Both the position numbers and the translations under genes were made by a program. From the NCBI RefSeq assembly GCF_018977255.1, contig NW_024704742.1, forward strand, positions 69,318,001-69,382,000: a stretch of DNA of 64,000 nt. Reading direction: 5' to 3'. The notes beneath the pieces are model-generated. The model was not told the origin of the DNA and made no database searches. It was given only the letters and a program-made list of their open reading frames with translations. Below, piece by piece: positions 1 to 10,769 of the stretch (positions within the stretch are counted from its first letter, which is position 1; every line of letters starts with the position of its first letter). This DNA is from Callorhinchus milii (taxonomy: Eukaryota).

Positions 1-566
1 CCCTGGTGAGAGCACACCTGTGTGTGCAGTTTTGGTCTCCTTATTTAAGAAAGGACGTACTTGCCTTGGAGGAGTTACAATGTAGATTCATTAGGTTGGT
101 ACCAGGGATGAGGTCGATGAGTTATGAGGATAGGTTGAGTAATTTAGGCCTATATTCTCTGGAATATAGAAGAATGAGAGGTGATCTTATAGAAACCTAT
201 AAGATTATTAAGGTGCATGACAGAATAGATAGTGGGAGACTTTTTCCCTGGTTGGAGAAACTATAACCCGGGTCCACAGTCTTAAAATTCGGGGTAAGCC
301 CTTTCGCACTGACTTGAGGAAAAACTTCTTCACTCAGAGGGTAGTGCATTTATGGAATTCTCTACCCCAAAGGGCTGTAGATTCTCAGTCCTTGAACGTA
401 TTCAAGACTGAGATTGATAGATTTCTTCTGGATAAAAAGATTAAGCGATATGGGGATAAGGCGGGTGGGTGGAGTTAGAATAGATCAGCCATGATCTTAT
501 TGAAAGGCGGGGCAGGCTAGAGGGGCCGAATGGTCTACTCCTGCTGCTAATTCTTATGTTCTTATG
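1..566 (+). mobile_element. CR1 LINE 3' fragment in intron 1 of copy 1
   Basis: CVQFWSPYLRKD...LYSLEYRRMRGDLIETYKI motif; TTCTTATG tandem tail. Confidence 0.9.
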
Positions 567-2481
567 ATATACTGTAAAGTGAAGTGACTGTGTGTTTTTG
601 TGGGTGAATGTGGCAGACAATTTGCACTCAGCAACATCCCACAAAGAGCCATGAAGTGAGTAATCAATTATATTTGCGGGATTGTCGGTCAGGACCCCAG
701 GAGAGAGAAACTCCTTTCTCTTTTTGGTTAGTGCCATGGGACCATTAACATCCACCTGAACAGGCAAAGGGGACCTTGGTTTAACATCTCATTTGAAGGA
801 TGGAACCCCAGCATTCCATTTGAGTTTCAGGCTAGGCTATATGGGTTTCAAGTCCTAATGTAGGACTTCAAGCCACAACCTTCTGACTGAAAGTAGATAG
901 TGCTACCAATTGAGCCAGGCTGATGCTTCAGAAGGGATTGATAGTGCTTTGCTGGAGCACCACAAAACAGCCAAACAGGGCAACAAATATCCTTCAGTTT
1001 GGTGGTGGGCAGCTGGTGGGGGCACAGTTGCAAGATTGCTGATATGCTGGATTGTCAGATGAAATGTTAAACAAAGATCCATCTATTCCTGTTCAAATCC
1101 CTTCATGCTCTGGCACCTTCCTACCTCTCCAACCTGCTTACTCCTGAACCCACTACCCGTTGCTTCCACTCGACTGGCTCTGGCCTCCTGCTTGACCATC
1201 GGTGGCTGTACTTTCAGCCACTTTGCCCCGTCCTTCCCCATCTTCAGGTTCCGCCTGAAGACTCTTAGACTCTTCAGCTGTGCCTAGGGTCACCTGCCCA
1301 TGAGCTCAGTGTCATGCTTTACCACTGTCAAGTGCTCTGGGATGCTATATAAATGCAAATTGTTATTGTTAATGGTAAGGATCCCATGGTGCTATTCGTA
1401 AAGAGAAGGTGCAAACAATCCCCAGATAAAATTGATTACTCACTCCATGGCTGTTTGCGAAACCGGGAGGTAAAGACTTGTGTTGTTTGGATGGGTTGGG
1501 TTGTTTTGCCCTTCTCTGGGCTGGATTTGGTTCTGTTTGGTTGGTTCCTGGTCTAGATTTCATAACACTGGGTTGGGTTACTGCCCCCCCCCAACCCGCC
1601 TCACCCACAAACACACCCCAACACACACACATACTATTTTTACTAATTTGCCCACTGTATAATTCATTGCACACGACGTATCTGTTCTGCAATATCCAAT
1701 GCATATATCTACGTTAGTCTCACATTTTTAAATATAGCAGTTGCTCTGTGTATGTTCTTAAACTCAGATCAACAATGATCCAGGATAGATTGAATGCCAT
1801 CGCAATCCTATCTATTGCGCACGGTTTGACACATTCATTAAGTTTTGATCAAACCCTGGGTTTGCTGATTCCTAACGGGTAGTGTGGTCCCAGCTGGACA
1901 AGCAGCGGTAAAGCTTGCCAGACAGTTCTCTCAATGGCAAGCTGTGCAGCTTTAACTGGTTAAACTTCAGCAGGTACCCCATCACACGCTTTTGGGTCCT
2001 CAAGCCTTGGATCTTGTCAGAGGATGCCTGGTACTCTTCGGAATTAGATAAGCGGCATTCAGCTCTCCAAGGAAATAGTGTACATTCCATTCTAATACAT
2101 GAGAATTTCCACGTGTAGAAGGGATGCATGGAATATTGCTACGTATTTTATAGTTGAGCATAAGTAGCCAATTTGCGCACAACAATGTCCCACAAACAGC
2201 CGTGAAATGAAGTGTCACATCAAACGTTTCAGTGCTCCCCCCTCCCCCCCAACACTGCAGCCACTACACCCTGAAATTCTGGAACACTCTCTCTCAATCC
2301 TTCCACCTTGTCCCCTCCTTCCCCATCTTCAAGTTGCGCCTGATGACCTTCCTCTTCGACCTAGGGTCAACCCCCCTTTCCCCCGGCTCGGTGTTGTGCT
2401 CCACCACTGTCAAGCGCTCTGGGACCCTGCATGAGGGGAGCTATATAAATGCAAGTTGTTTTCGTCAGCCCAGACACTCAC

Positions 2482-2548
2482 CAATAGCTCTCATAAATGG
2501 TTCAAAGTTCTCCTGACTCTCCAGTTCATACTGCCCAGTGAAGGCCAT
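2482..2548 (-). CDS. fabp1: FABP1-like gene copy 1, coding exon 1 only (rest lies left of the window)
   Basis: Minus strand ATG at 2548 encodes MAFTGQYELESQENFEPFMRAI-G; 67 nt followed by a GTGAGT donor. One synonymous change versus copy 2. Confidence 0.9.
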
Positions 2549-2720
2549 GACTATGGTTCTCTTCTCTGTCTCTCTCTAATGGAGCAGAAGGTCCTTTGTC
2601 AAATCGTTGCTTTCCTTTGAGGGGATTGAGGCTTTGCTGTACGTACATTGATAACCCAGTGGTTTGATTGTGACTCACGTTCGATTGTTATTTCATTGTC
2701 TTGTTTTATTACTGACACAG
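2549..2720 (-). promoter_or_regulatory. 5' UTR/proximal promoter of array genes (repeated at ~23681-23852, 42305-42476, 59469-59632)
   Basis: Aligns to the plus-strand paralog promoter (AATC..AAAGGAAA, TGCTCCATT, CATAGTnATGG). AP-1 TGACTCA 2671-2677, TGATAA 2649-2654, CDX-like GTAATAAAA (minus) ~2704-2712; no TATAAA. Confidence 0.55.
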
Positions 2721-3232
2721 CAATGCTCTTGTAGCCCTCCTCCTCCCTCACCCACCATCCTCCTGCCTTCAGATTTGCCTCCTGTCCTGAAGGCAAGTCT
2801 GCTAACCTCAGTTCTCTCTGTCTTTGGCCAAGCTGCACATGTTTAGGGTACCTACCTTCAGAGACATCTTATGCTGTTTTTACCAGTTACCTTGATTGTG
2901 ACGCTCCAACTCCAGACTCCCCCGCCCCCACTCACGATTGGGTACTTAATGGGCGGATGGGGTTGGGGTTTGGCAAGCAGTCTGTCAATTTCTGCCTTGG
3001 TCATGAGCATCCTTTTCAACTCCAGCTACTTCCCCTTTATCGGGTCCTTCATCTTCTTCATTTTCTTGTTTTTTTTGTGGTCTCTTGTCAGCCACGATCC
3101 ACTGTCTATCTTCTTTGGGGCTCTGGATTAGCATAAGGAGGGGAGATGTCTATGCTCCCCCTGTGAATCCCAATGTTGAAGTGTTAGGAGAGTTGGATCA
3201 AGTTCCCCTAGCTGTCCCAGTGGAGGCCGTAA

Positions 3233-5340
3233 TCATGGTCGAAGAGGAAGGTTTTCAGGGGGTTTTGAAATAAAGTGGAGAGAGGGGTCAAGACGGAGGG
3301 ATTGAGTGAGAGTGGTCCAGAGTTTTGGGGCGTAGTGGCTGAAAGCGGAACTTCAGATGGTGGGGTTGGAGGGTGCAAGGGACAAACAGGAGGCCAGTGC
3401 TAGTCGAGCGGAGGCGCCGGTTGGGGGATTGGGGAGTGAAGAGGTTGGGCGTCTCTTTGACCGTGCCTTCAGCTCCCCTCTCGACTCTCTACCCCCTCCT
3501 CGCTCCCTCCCTTCCCTCCCCTCACCCTGACCATTTCCCCCTTGCTCGGGTCCTGACCCAACTGTACAGCGCCTTGGGACGTCCTCCCGACGTGAAAGGC
3601 GCTCAATAAATGGAATCTTGTTGTTGTTGTTGAAGAGGTAGGGAGGTGCCAGAGAGTGAAGGGATTTGAACACGAGTTTGAGGATCTTGAAGTCGATCCG
3701 TTCGGTAATGGGGAGCCAGTGGAGGCTGACCAGAACTGGTGAGATGGGGTTACGGAGCTTGGTTCAGGTCATTATGTGGGCGGCAGAGTTCTGAATGAGC
3801 TGGATCTTTTAGATAGTGGAGCTGGGGAGACCGGCGAGTAGGTAGTTTGAGCAATCCAGGCAGGAGGTGACAAATGCATGCATGAGAGTTTGGGCTGCAT
3901 TTGGGGTAAGGTATGGTCGGAGGCAGGCAATGCGGTGGAGGTGGAAGAACGCGGTCCTGGATGTGGGGAGGAAGGACAGCTGGGTGTCAAACCAGATGCC
4001 TAGATTGTGCATTGGCTTGGTGAGTCTGAGGCAGAGCCCAGGGAAGTTGAGGAGTTCAGATCCGCAGGAGTGAAGACGTTGACGGAAGCCAAGGAGTATG
4101 GCTTCCGACTTGTCCACATTCAGCTGCAGGAAGTTTACACTGATCCAGATCCTGATGTCTGTCAGACACACTGATAGAACGTCGGCAGATCTGGAGTTGG
4201 TACTGGAGGAGGCAAAGTAGATTTGTGTATCATCCGCATACATGACACCGAAACAGTCACTACACTTCACAACAATTTCCCATAAAGTGTTTCAATGTCA
4301 GGATCATTATTATTTGGCAGCTTGGCTCAGTCAGTAGCACTTTTGCTTGAGAGTCAGAAGTTCGTGGGGTCCAAGCTTTACATTGAGGCTCTGAACTCAC
4401 TGTCTACACCTTCACTTCAGTGCAGTGCTGGGGGGAGCGCTCCGTTGTTGAAGATGCCGTATTTTGGATGAGAAATTAAGCTGAAGTCCCCTCTGTGCCT
4501 GTTCAGATGGACATTAAAGATCCCGCAACACAACTTGAAAAGAAAACAGCAACGAGAACAACTTACACTTATATAGCGACCTCCACACAGGATAGCATCT
4601 CAGAGCACTTAACAGTGGCGGAGTCTGACTCTTGGCTGGGGGGAGATGGTGGCCATGAGCACGGTTGAACAGGAAAGTTTTCAGGCAGAACTTGAAACAG
4701 GGGGAGAGAGGGTGCAAGGCGGAGGGATTGAGGGAGAGTGTTTCAGAGGTTTGGGGCATAGTGGCTGAAAGCACAACCTTCAATGGTGGGTGGAGGGTGT
4801 GAGGGATGAGCTGGAACCGGTGCCAATCGAGCAGAGGCGCTGGATGGTGGATTGGGAAGTGAGGAAGTCGGAGAGGTAGAGTGGTGCCAGGGAGTGAATG
4901 GATTTGAGTGTGAGGATTTTGAAGTCTATCCATTCGGTGATGGGGAGCCAGTGGAGCCAAGCCAGAACTGGTGAGATGTGGGTACAGAGTTTGGTCCAGG
5001 TCACTATGCAGGCAGCAGAGTTTTGATTGAACTTAATCTTGTGAAAGGTGGAGCTGGGGAGATCGGAGAGGAGTGCGTTGGAGGTGACAAACTCATGTGC
5101 GAGGGTTTCGGCAGCATTTGGGGTAATGTAAAGTCGGAGATGGGCAATACGGCGGAGATGGAAGAAGGATGTCCCGGGCAGGGACCAGATGTGATGGGGG
5201 GTGTGGAAGGACAGTTGGGGATCGAACTGGATGCCGAGGTTGCGAACTGGTTCAGTGAGTTTGAGGAAGAGCCCAGGGAGATTGAGCTGTTTAGATCCGT
5301 AGGAGAAAAGGAAGTTTCTATCCCCTCCCCCTCCCTGCTG
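3233..5340 (-). mobile_element. Block of two decayed L2 3' fragments with an intervening SINE; young plus-strand L2 tip nested at ~3450-3632
   Basis: YADDTQIY, LQLNVDKSE, HISPVLAWLHWLPI motifs; repeated at ~24365-26490 and ~43225-44660, inverted at ~60490-62050. Confidence 0.85.
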
Positions 5341-5889
5341 GAAAATTTCAAGACAGATGTCCGGCTGAATCAATAGAACATTTAAAAAGGAACTGGTTAG
5401 CAGAAAGCAAAGAGTAGTGGTGAACAATTGCTTTTCTGACAAGAGGGAAGTGTGCACCTCCTGCTAAACCTGCAAGCCAAAGCCCTAAACAGTAGCATGG
5501 TCCAAGCTGGACAACCGGTGAGAAGCTTGCCAGGCAGTGCTCTCAATGGTAAACTGTATTAACCAGTTAAACTCCAGCTGTTACACCCACAAACACACAT
5601 CTAGGGCTTTTTGCCAATCTGAGGCTAATAATTTCTGGGATTGGATGCTTGCCTTTGGTGGGAGAGAAAATGCATTCCATTACAAAATAAAATACTGTAA
5701 ACTCCTAATAACTCGACCCTCACTCTAACTTGTCACGACAAGTTAAACTAAGCCAGGGTCAATCTCCTGGCCTCATTTATTATGTACTTATATATATGCC
5801 TAACTTGTCGCTCCTGATGACTTGTCACTGAGCTATTTTTCCTTAGAGTGACCAGTTATCCTGGAATGAGTCGTTGCTTCCCAGTTTAG

Positions 5890-7532
5890 GTTTTTCCTCT
5901 CCCACCACTTGCTCCTTGAACCACTCCATTTGGTTTCCGTCCTATCTCTTGTAAAGAGACAGCCTTGGTCAAAGTTACAAATGACATTGTGTCCATTTGT
6001 GATTAGGGCTCTCTCTGTCTTCTCATTCTTTTTGATCTCTCAGCTGCCTTTCACCACTCTATTCTTCTTTATCAACTCACCTCTCAGCTCCACCTTCATG
6101 GTTCTTTCTCTGCCTGGTTTTGTTCTTACAACAACAACAAAATAACATTAATAGAGCGCCTTTCACTTTGGGAGGACGTCCTCCCGACGCAAAAGGCACT
6201 CTATAAATGTTATTTTGTTGTTGTTGTTTTTACCTTTCCCATCGACTCCCCTTTACATCTATCAATGGCTTCTCCTCCAGCCCTCGCACCATTATATACA
6301 GCATTCCCCAGGGCTCTGTCCTTGGTCTTATCCTTTCTACATGCTCCCTCTTGGTGACACCATCCGCAGACGTGGGGTCAACTTCCACATGTATCGCTCT
6401 GCCTCCACCCTCGACTCCAGGACCACTGCTGTCCTGACAGACTGTCTGCCAGACATCAAGTCCTGGATGAGAGCTCCCCATCCCCCAGAGGACCGAGTTC
6501 AAGATCCTTCTCCTCATTCTTAAAGCCCTCCATGGTCTTGCTCCTCCCTACCTCTGTGACCTGTGAAATCTTTACTAATGTGTCCGCACCCTCCACATGG
6601 TTGGCACTCACTTGCTTCACAACACCTGCCCTGCCTGCTCCACCATCGTTGGTCGGGACTTTAGTCTTTCTGCTCTCACCTCCCCATCGCAGAGCCACTC
6701 CACCTCACCCACTCGCTTTCCTCCTTTGTGGCCCATCTCAAGGTCTTCATGCCTCTTGATTCCATCCCCAGCTCGGGCAAATCCTTCACTGTTCAACACC
6801 TTGGGACATCCTCCCGATGTGAATGGTGCTTATATAAATGGAATTTGTTGTTCGTTGTTGTTGACCCCTGTCCACCTCATCATCAGAGACCAAGCCTTTA
6901 ACCACTGCCTGGTTAAACCGCACCTTAACCAAAATGCAGCTGAAACCCTGGTGTATGCCGTTGTCACTTCCCACTTGGATTACTCAAACTGACTCCTAGC
7001 CGTTCTCCTCAGCTCCACTTTTCAAAAGATCCACCTCATTCAGAACTCTGCTGCCCACATACTTACCCGGACTAAACTCTGTACCCACATGTCACCAGTT
7101 CTGCCAGGCTCCACTGGCTCCCTCACCGAATGGATCGACTTCAAGATCTTCACACTCTTGTTCAAATCCATTCACTCCCTGGTACCTCCCTACCTCTCTG
7201 ACATCCTCACACCCCAATCCATCACCTGACATCTCCGCTCGACTGGCACGAGCCTCCTGCTTGTCCTTGCACCCTCCACCCCACCATTGGAGGTTGCGCT
7301 TTCAGCCACTACACCCCGAAGCTCTGGAACACACTCCCTCAATCCTTTCGCCTTGCCCCTATCTCCTCTTATTCAAGTCCCACCTGAAAACCTTCCTTTT
7401 CGACCGTGCTTACGGCCACCTTCTCCCCATCCCCAACCACCGGCTCGGATTCAGACTCCGCCTGCCACTGTTAAGATTCTGAGATGCTACCCTGTGTGGA
7501 GGACTCTATATAAGTGCAAGTTGTTGTTGTTA
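5890..7532 (+). mobile_element. Decayed L2 fragments (also ~27040-29100 and ~45100-46640)
   Basis: IPQGSVLG, AAETLVYAVVTSHLDYSN, LHWLP motifs; TGT tail. Confidence 0.8.
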
Positions 7533-8116
7533 TCCTGCATGAAGTTTAGGGGGCAAATTCAGGTAGTGGTAGTTTTATTTTTACACACAACACTGCAATA
7601 ATCGCGCAGCGCCCTTTGCTTTTTGTACAGCTGATCCCTCTGCTGACGCTTCTATACATGAGTGGTCCGATTTTCCTTATCTGGAATGAGATAATTTTCA
7701 TTATCTGGAATGATACCAAACATTTACTGAGCATTAATAATAACATAATAATCCTTTCATTTGATATAGTGCCTGATCATGTCCTCGAGAGAGCACAACA
7801 TATATTAAAAAAGATATTGTTTATTTTCTGGGCAAAATGTGGCAGCCAATTGCACACAGTCGTGTCCCACAAACAGTCATGGATTGAGTGAACACATCAT
7901 AATTTTTTAAATTTATTTTACACTTCACTCACGACACTTTACAGTGAATCCTGCAAAGAGCTTTGAGACAGTTGCCATATCAAACACACACTTAAGAGAC
8001 TTTTAAGTACAGAGACAGGTTTCCTGTCGCATGTCGCATACCGGTGGGATGGAAAGAAAAAAGATTAGATGGAATTTCAGGCCTGCTCAGTGCCCCCCAT
8101 CAGACGATTATCTTTT

Positions 8117-8453
8117 GGAGTCCTGTAGCTCAATTGTTAGAGCGCTCACCTCATAAGTGAGAGGACCTGGGTTCGATTCCCAGGCAGAGTGAAACGTTGG
8201 GCAGGTTTCCTTACTCCACGTGCCTCTGTTTATCCAGTAGTAAGTAGGAACCAAGTTGTTAGTCATAATCCCTTAAAAAAGAAACTTGGTCACTTCAAAC
8301 CACGACTGTTTGTTGGCCACTGCTGGGCCCAATTGGCTGCCGCGTTTCACCCACGAAATATGCAGTCAATTTACTTTACAGTATATTCGGTGAAATGCTT
8401 TGAGACGCCTCGAAGATGTGATAAGCTGCCATATCAAATGCAAGGATTATTAT
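8117..8453 (+). mobile_element. tRNA-derived SINE (also 29687-30023, 47227-47563)
   Basis: GGAGTCCTGTAGCTCA A box, GGTTCGATTCC B box, L2-like 3' end, (ATT)n tail, ATTATCTT duplicated at the flanks. Confidence 0.85.
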
Positions 8454-8532
8454 CTTTCTAGCGTTTGAGTGCTGGCTCAATGTGCTGACTCGGCATCTCA
8501 CGCGCTGACAATCAGCCACCAGGAACTGAGCA

Positions 8533-8706
8533 ATAAGAACATAAGAACATAAGAATTAGGAGCAGGAGTAGGCCATTCGGCCCCTCGAGCCTGCCCCACC
8601 ATTCAATAAGATCATGGCTGATCTTCAGACTTAACTCTAATTACCTGCCCTATCCACATATCCGCTATTCACTCTGTTTTTTAAAAATCTTTCAGTCTCA
8701 GCCTTC
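8533..8706 (-). mobile_element. CR1 3' tip inserted in the FABP relic (related tips at 63485-63554 and 63820-64000)
   Basis: (CATAAGAA)n tail followed by GGAGCAGGAGTAGGCCATTCGGCCCCTCGAGCCTG. Confidence 0.85.
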
Positions 8707-10010
8707 AGACTGATAGATTTTTAAAAAATAGAGGGATGACGCTCAGCAGTCAGTGGGTGACCTTGGTCAGAGGATAAAGGTTAAGTCTGAATCACAAGGA
8801 GTGCTCCTGTTACTTGGGTAAGGAATAAAGTGCTCACTCAGTCATTGAAATCTTCAAACAGAAAGTAGTAGTAGACCACTTAGTTGGTTCCCACATTTTG
8901 CTACTTTGAGACAGATCTTTTCCTGATCACCCACCTACCCCCGGCTCCAACCCCCAGCTCGGGTGCAGCGTCAAACAACAACAACTTACATATACAAAAC
9001 GCCCTTCACATTGGCTATCGTCCCGGAGAGCTTAAACGCTTTGGGATATCCTCCCGACATGAAAAGCGTTATATCAAATGCAAGATTATTATTAATGTGT
9101 TGTAATTTATGCTGTTTAACTACAAAACCCACAGTCACTGCACTTTATCTGTCCTGGTCAACAATCCTCCCAGATAATAATAATAATTCTTGCATTTGAT
9201 ACAGTGCCTTATCGTTTTGCTGAGACACTTCAAAGCGCTTCACAGGATATACCCTAAAGTGGATTGACTGTGGGTGAAACGAAGGTGAGGACCTTGAAGT
9301 TGATCCACTGAGACAGGAAGACAGTAAAGCTTGGCCACTCTCTCACCACTTTCCCTCATGTGACCATTCCCTCAGTCACTACACCTTGTGGGAAGAGGCT
9401 TCAATATACCAGAGGCTTCAATATACCTGAGCCAGAACTTCCTAGCTCAATCGTTTTGCCTCGACCCTCTTTATTCCTCCAGCACAGTGATTCTTTGGAA
9501 CGTCCTCCCGGCATGAAAACCGCTACATAAATATAAATTGTCCGACCTGAAGACCTACCTTTCCGACCGTGATTACGGCCATCTTCCCCATCTGCCTTGC
9601 TTGGCGTCCAACCACACCAGCGTGCAACTCTCTGAGACGCTGTCCTGCATGAAGGGCAAGGTGTTGTTGCTTGTCCTCAAGCCTCTGATGCTAAACTGCC
9701 CTTTTCAATGTATTCTCTGGGATTAGGTAAGCAGGATGCGAACCTCCATGGGAGAGAGAGCGCACTCCACTGCTAGACCCGGGAAAATTTACACGTGCAT
9801 GTGGAACTCTCGTAGTTTGGTCGATCTTAAGCACGGTGAAGGGTTTCCATATGGTTCAGACGCCCATCTGACCAACAAAACGATTTGATGATTTTGTAAT
9901 CATTTTTATTTGATGTTGAATATGCATCGCAATACATAAGCAAAGAGACAAAAGCCATTTGCAGTAGAATTAATCTCCAACCAACGCAAAACTCAGCTGC
10001 TTATGTTCGT

Positions 10011-10325
10011 GGAGTCCTGCAGCTCAGTAGTTAGAGCACTCGCCTTGCAAGCGAGATACTTGGGTTCAATTCCAGGCAGAGCGAAACCTTGGGCAAGTTT
10101 CCTTACTCCACATACCTAATAACAATCCCTCCAAAAAACAAAACAATAATAAATTGGTCATTTTCAATGCACGACTGTTTGTGGGATACGGCTGTGCGCA
10201 ATTGACTGCCGTGTTTCGTCCACAAATAACAGTCAATTCACTTTACAGCATATTCTGTGAAGCGCTTTGAGACGTCTAGAAGATGTGAAAAAGCTCTATG
10301 TCAAATGCAAGGATTATTAGTATTA
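10011..10325 (+). mobile_element. tRNA-derived SINE (also ~31583-31897, ~48329-48655)
   Basis: Same head and tail as above; TGC anticodon-like loop. Confidence 0.85.
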
Positions 10326-10769
10326 TCATCAAACTCTGCTGCCTCATCACCCAGTCCTGCCAAGCTTTGCTGGCTCCATGTTTCCCCACTGATTGACTTC
10401 AAGGTCCTCACGTCACCCTCACCAGATCTCCTCCAGCCCTATTCCTCTGCTCGTTCCCCTCTGCTCAGCTAACTCAGGGTCCCCTGTGCTTCTCACCCAC
10501 CCCAGTTTAACGTCTCATCTAAAGGACGGCACCTCCGACAATGCAACACCCGAGTGTCCAGCACTGCATTGGAATGCCATCTTAGACTGTGCGATTCCAA
10601 GACCTCATGTGGGGTTTGTACCCACAACCTTCTGAGTCAGAGGCGAGAGTTGTGCTAAACTGAGGTACCATCTACCAGCGGATGTTAAAGATTCCAGGGC
10701 ACACTATAGGAAAAGAGAATCATCAAATTTTTCTACCATTGGCAGATGAATGAACCATAAGCAACTATG

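Larger units (their letters stand above)
7546..8850 (-). pseudogene. Relic 3' half (decayed exon 3, intron 3, exon 4) of an older FABP paralog, unit A
   Basis: TTCCAG acceptor then IRKIGPLMYRSVSRGI from 7680 (compare TMTDGDIVYKSVSKKV); GTAGTTTTATTTT poly(A) context shared with the real exon 4; 8070-8110 and 8450-8535 resemble intron 3 (16290-16425); 8808-8848 resembles the exon 3 acceptor region. Confidence 0.7.

Noticed and set aside
5690..5880. Possible Tigger/pogo-type MITE (TACTGTAAACTCCTAATAACTCGAC)
   Set aside because: Only one end resembles a TIR; no convincing partner end was found.
9730..10005. Possible relic exon 2 of the FABP pseudogene
   Set aside because: No recognisable FABP translation; origin unclear.
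10011..10085. tRNA-Ala-like sequences (many copies)
   Set aside because: They lack a pairing 3' acceptor stem and run into a SINE body and (ATT)n tail, so they are SINE heads rather than tRNA genes.
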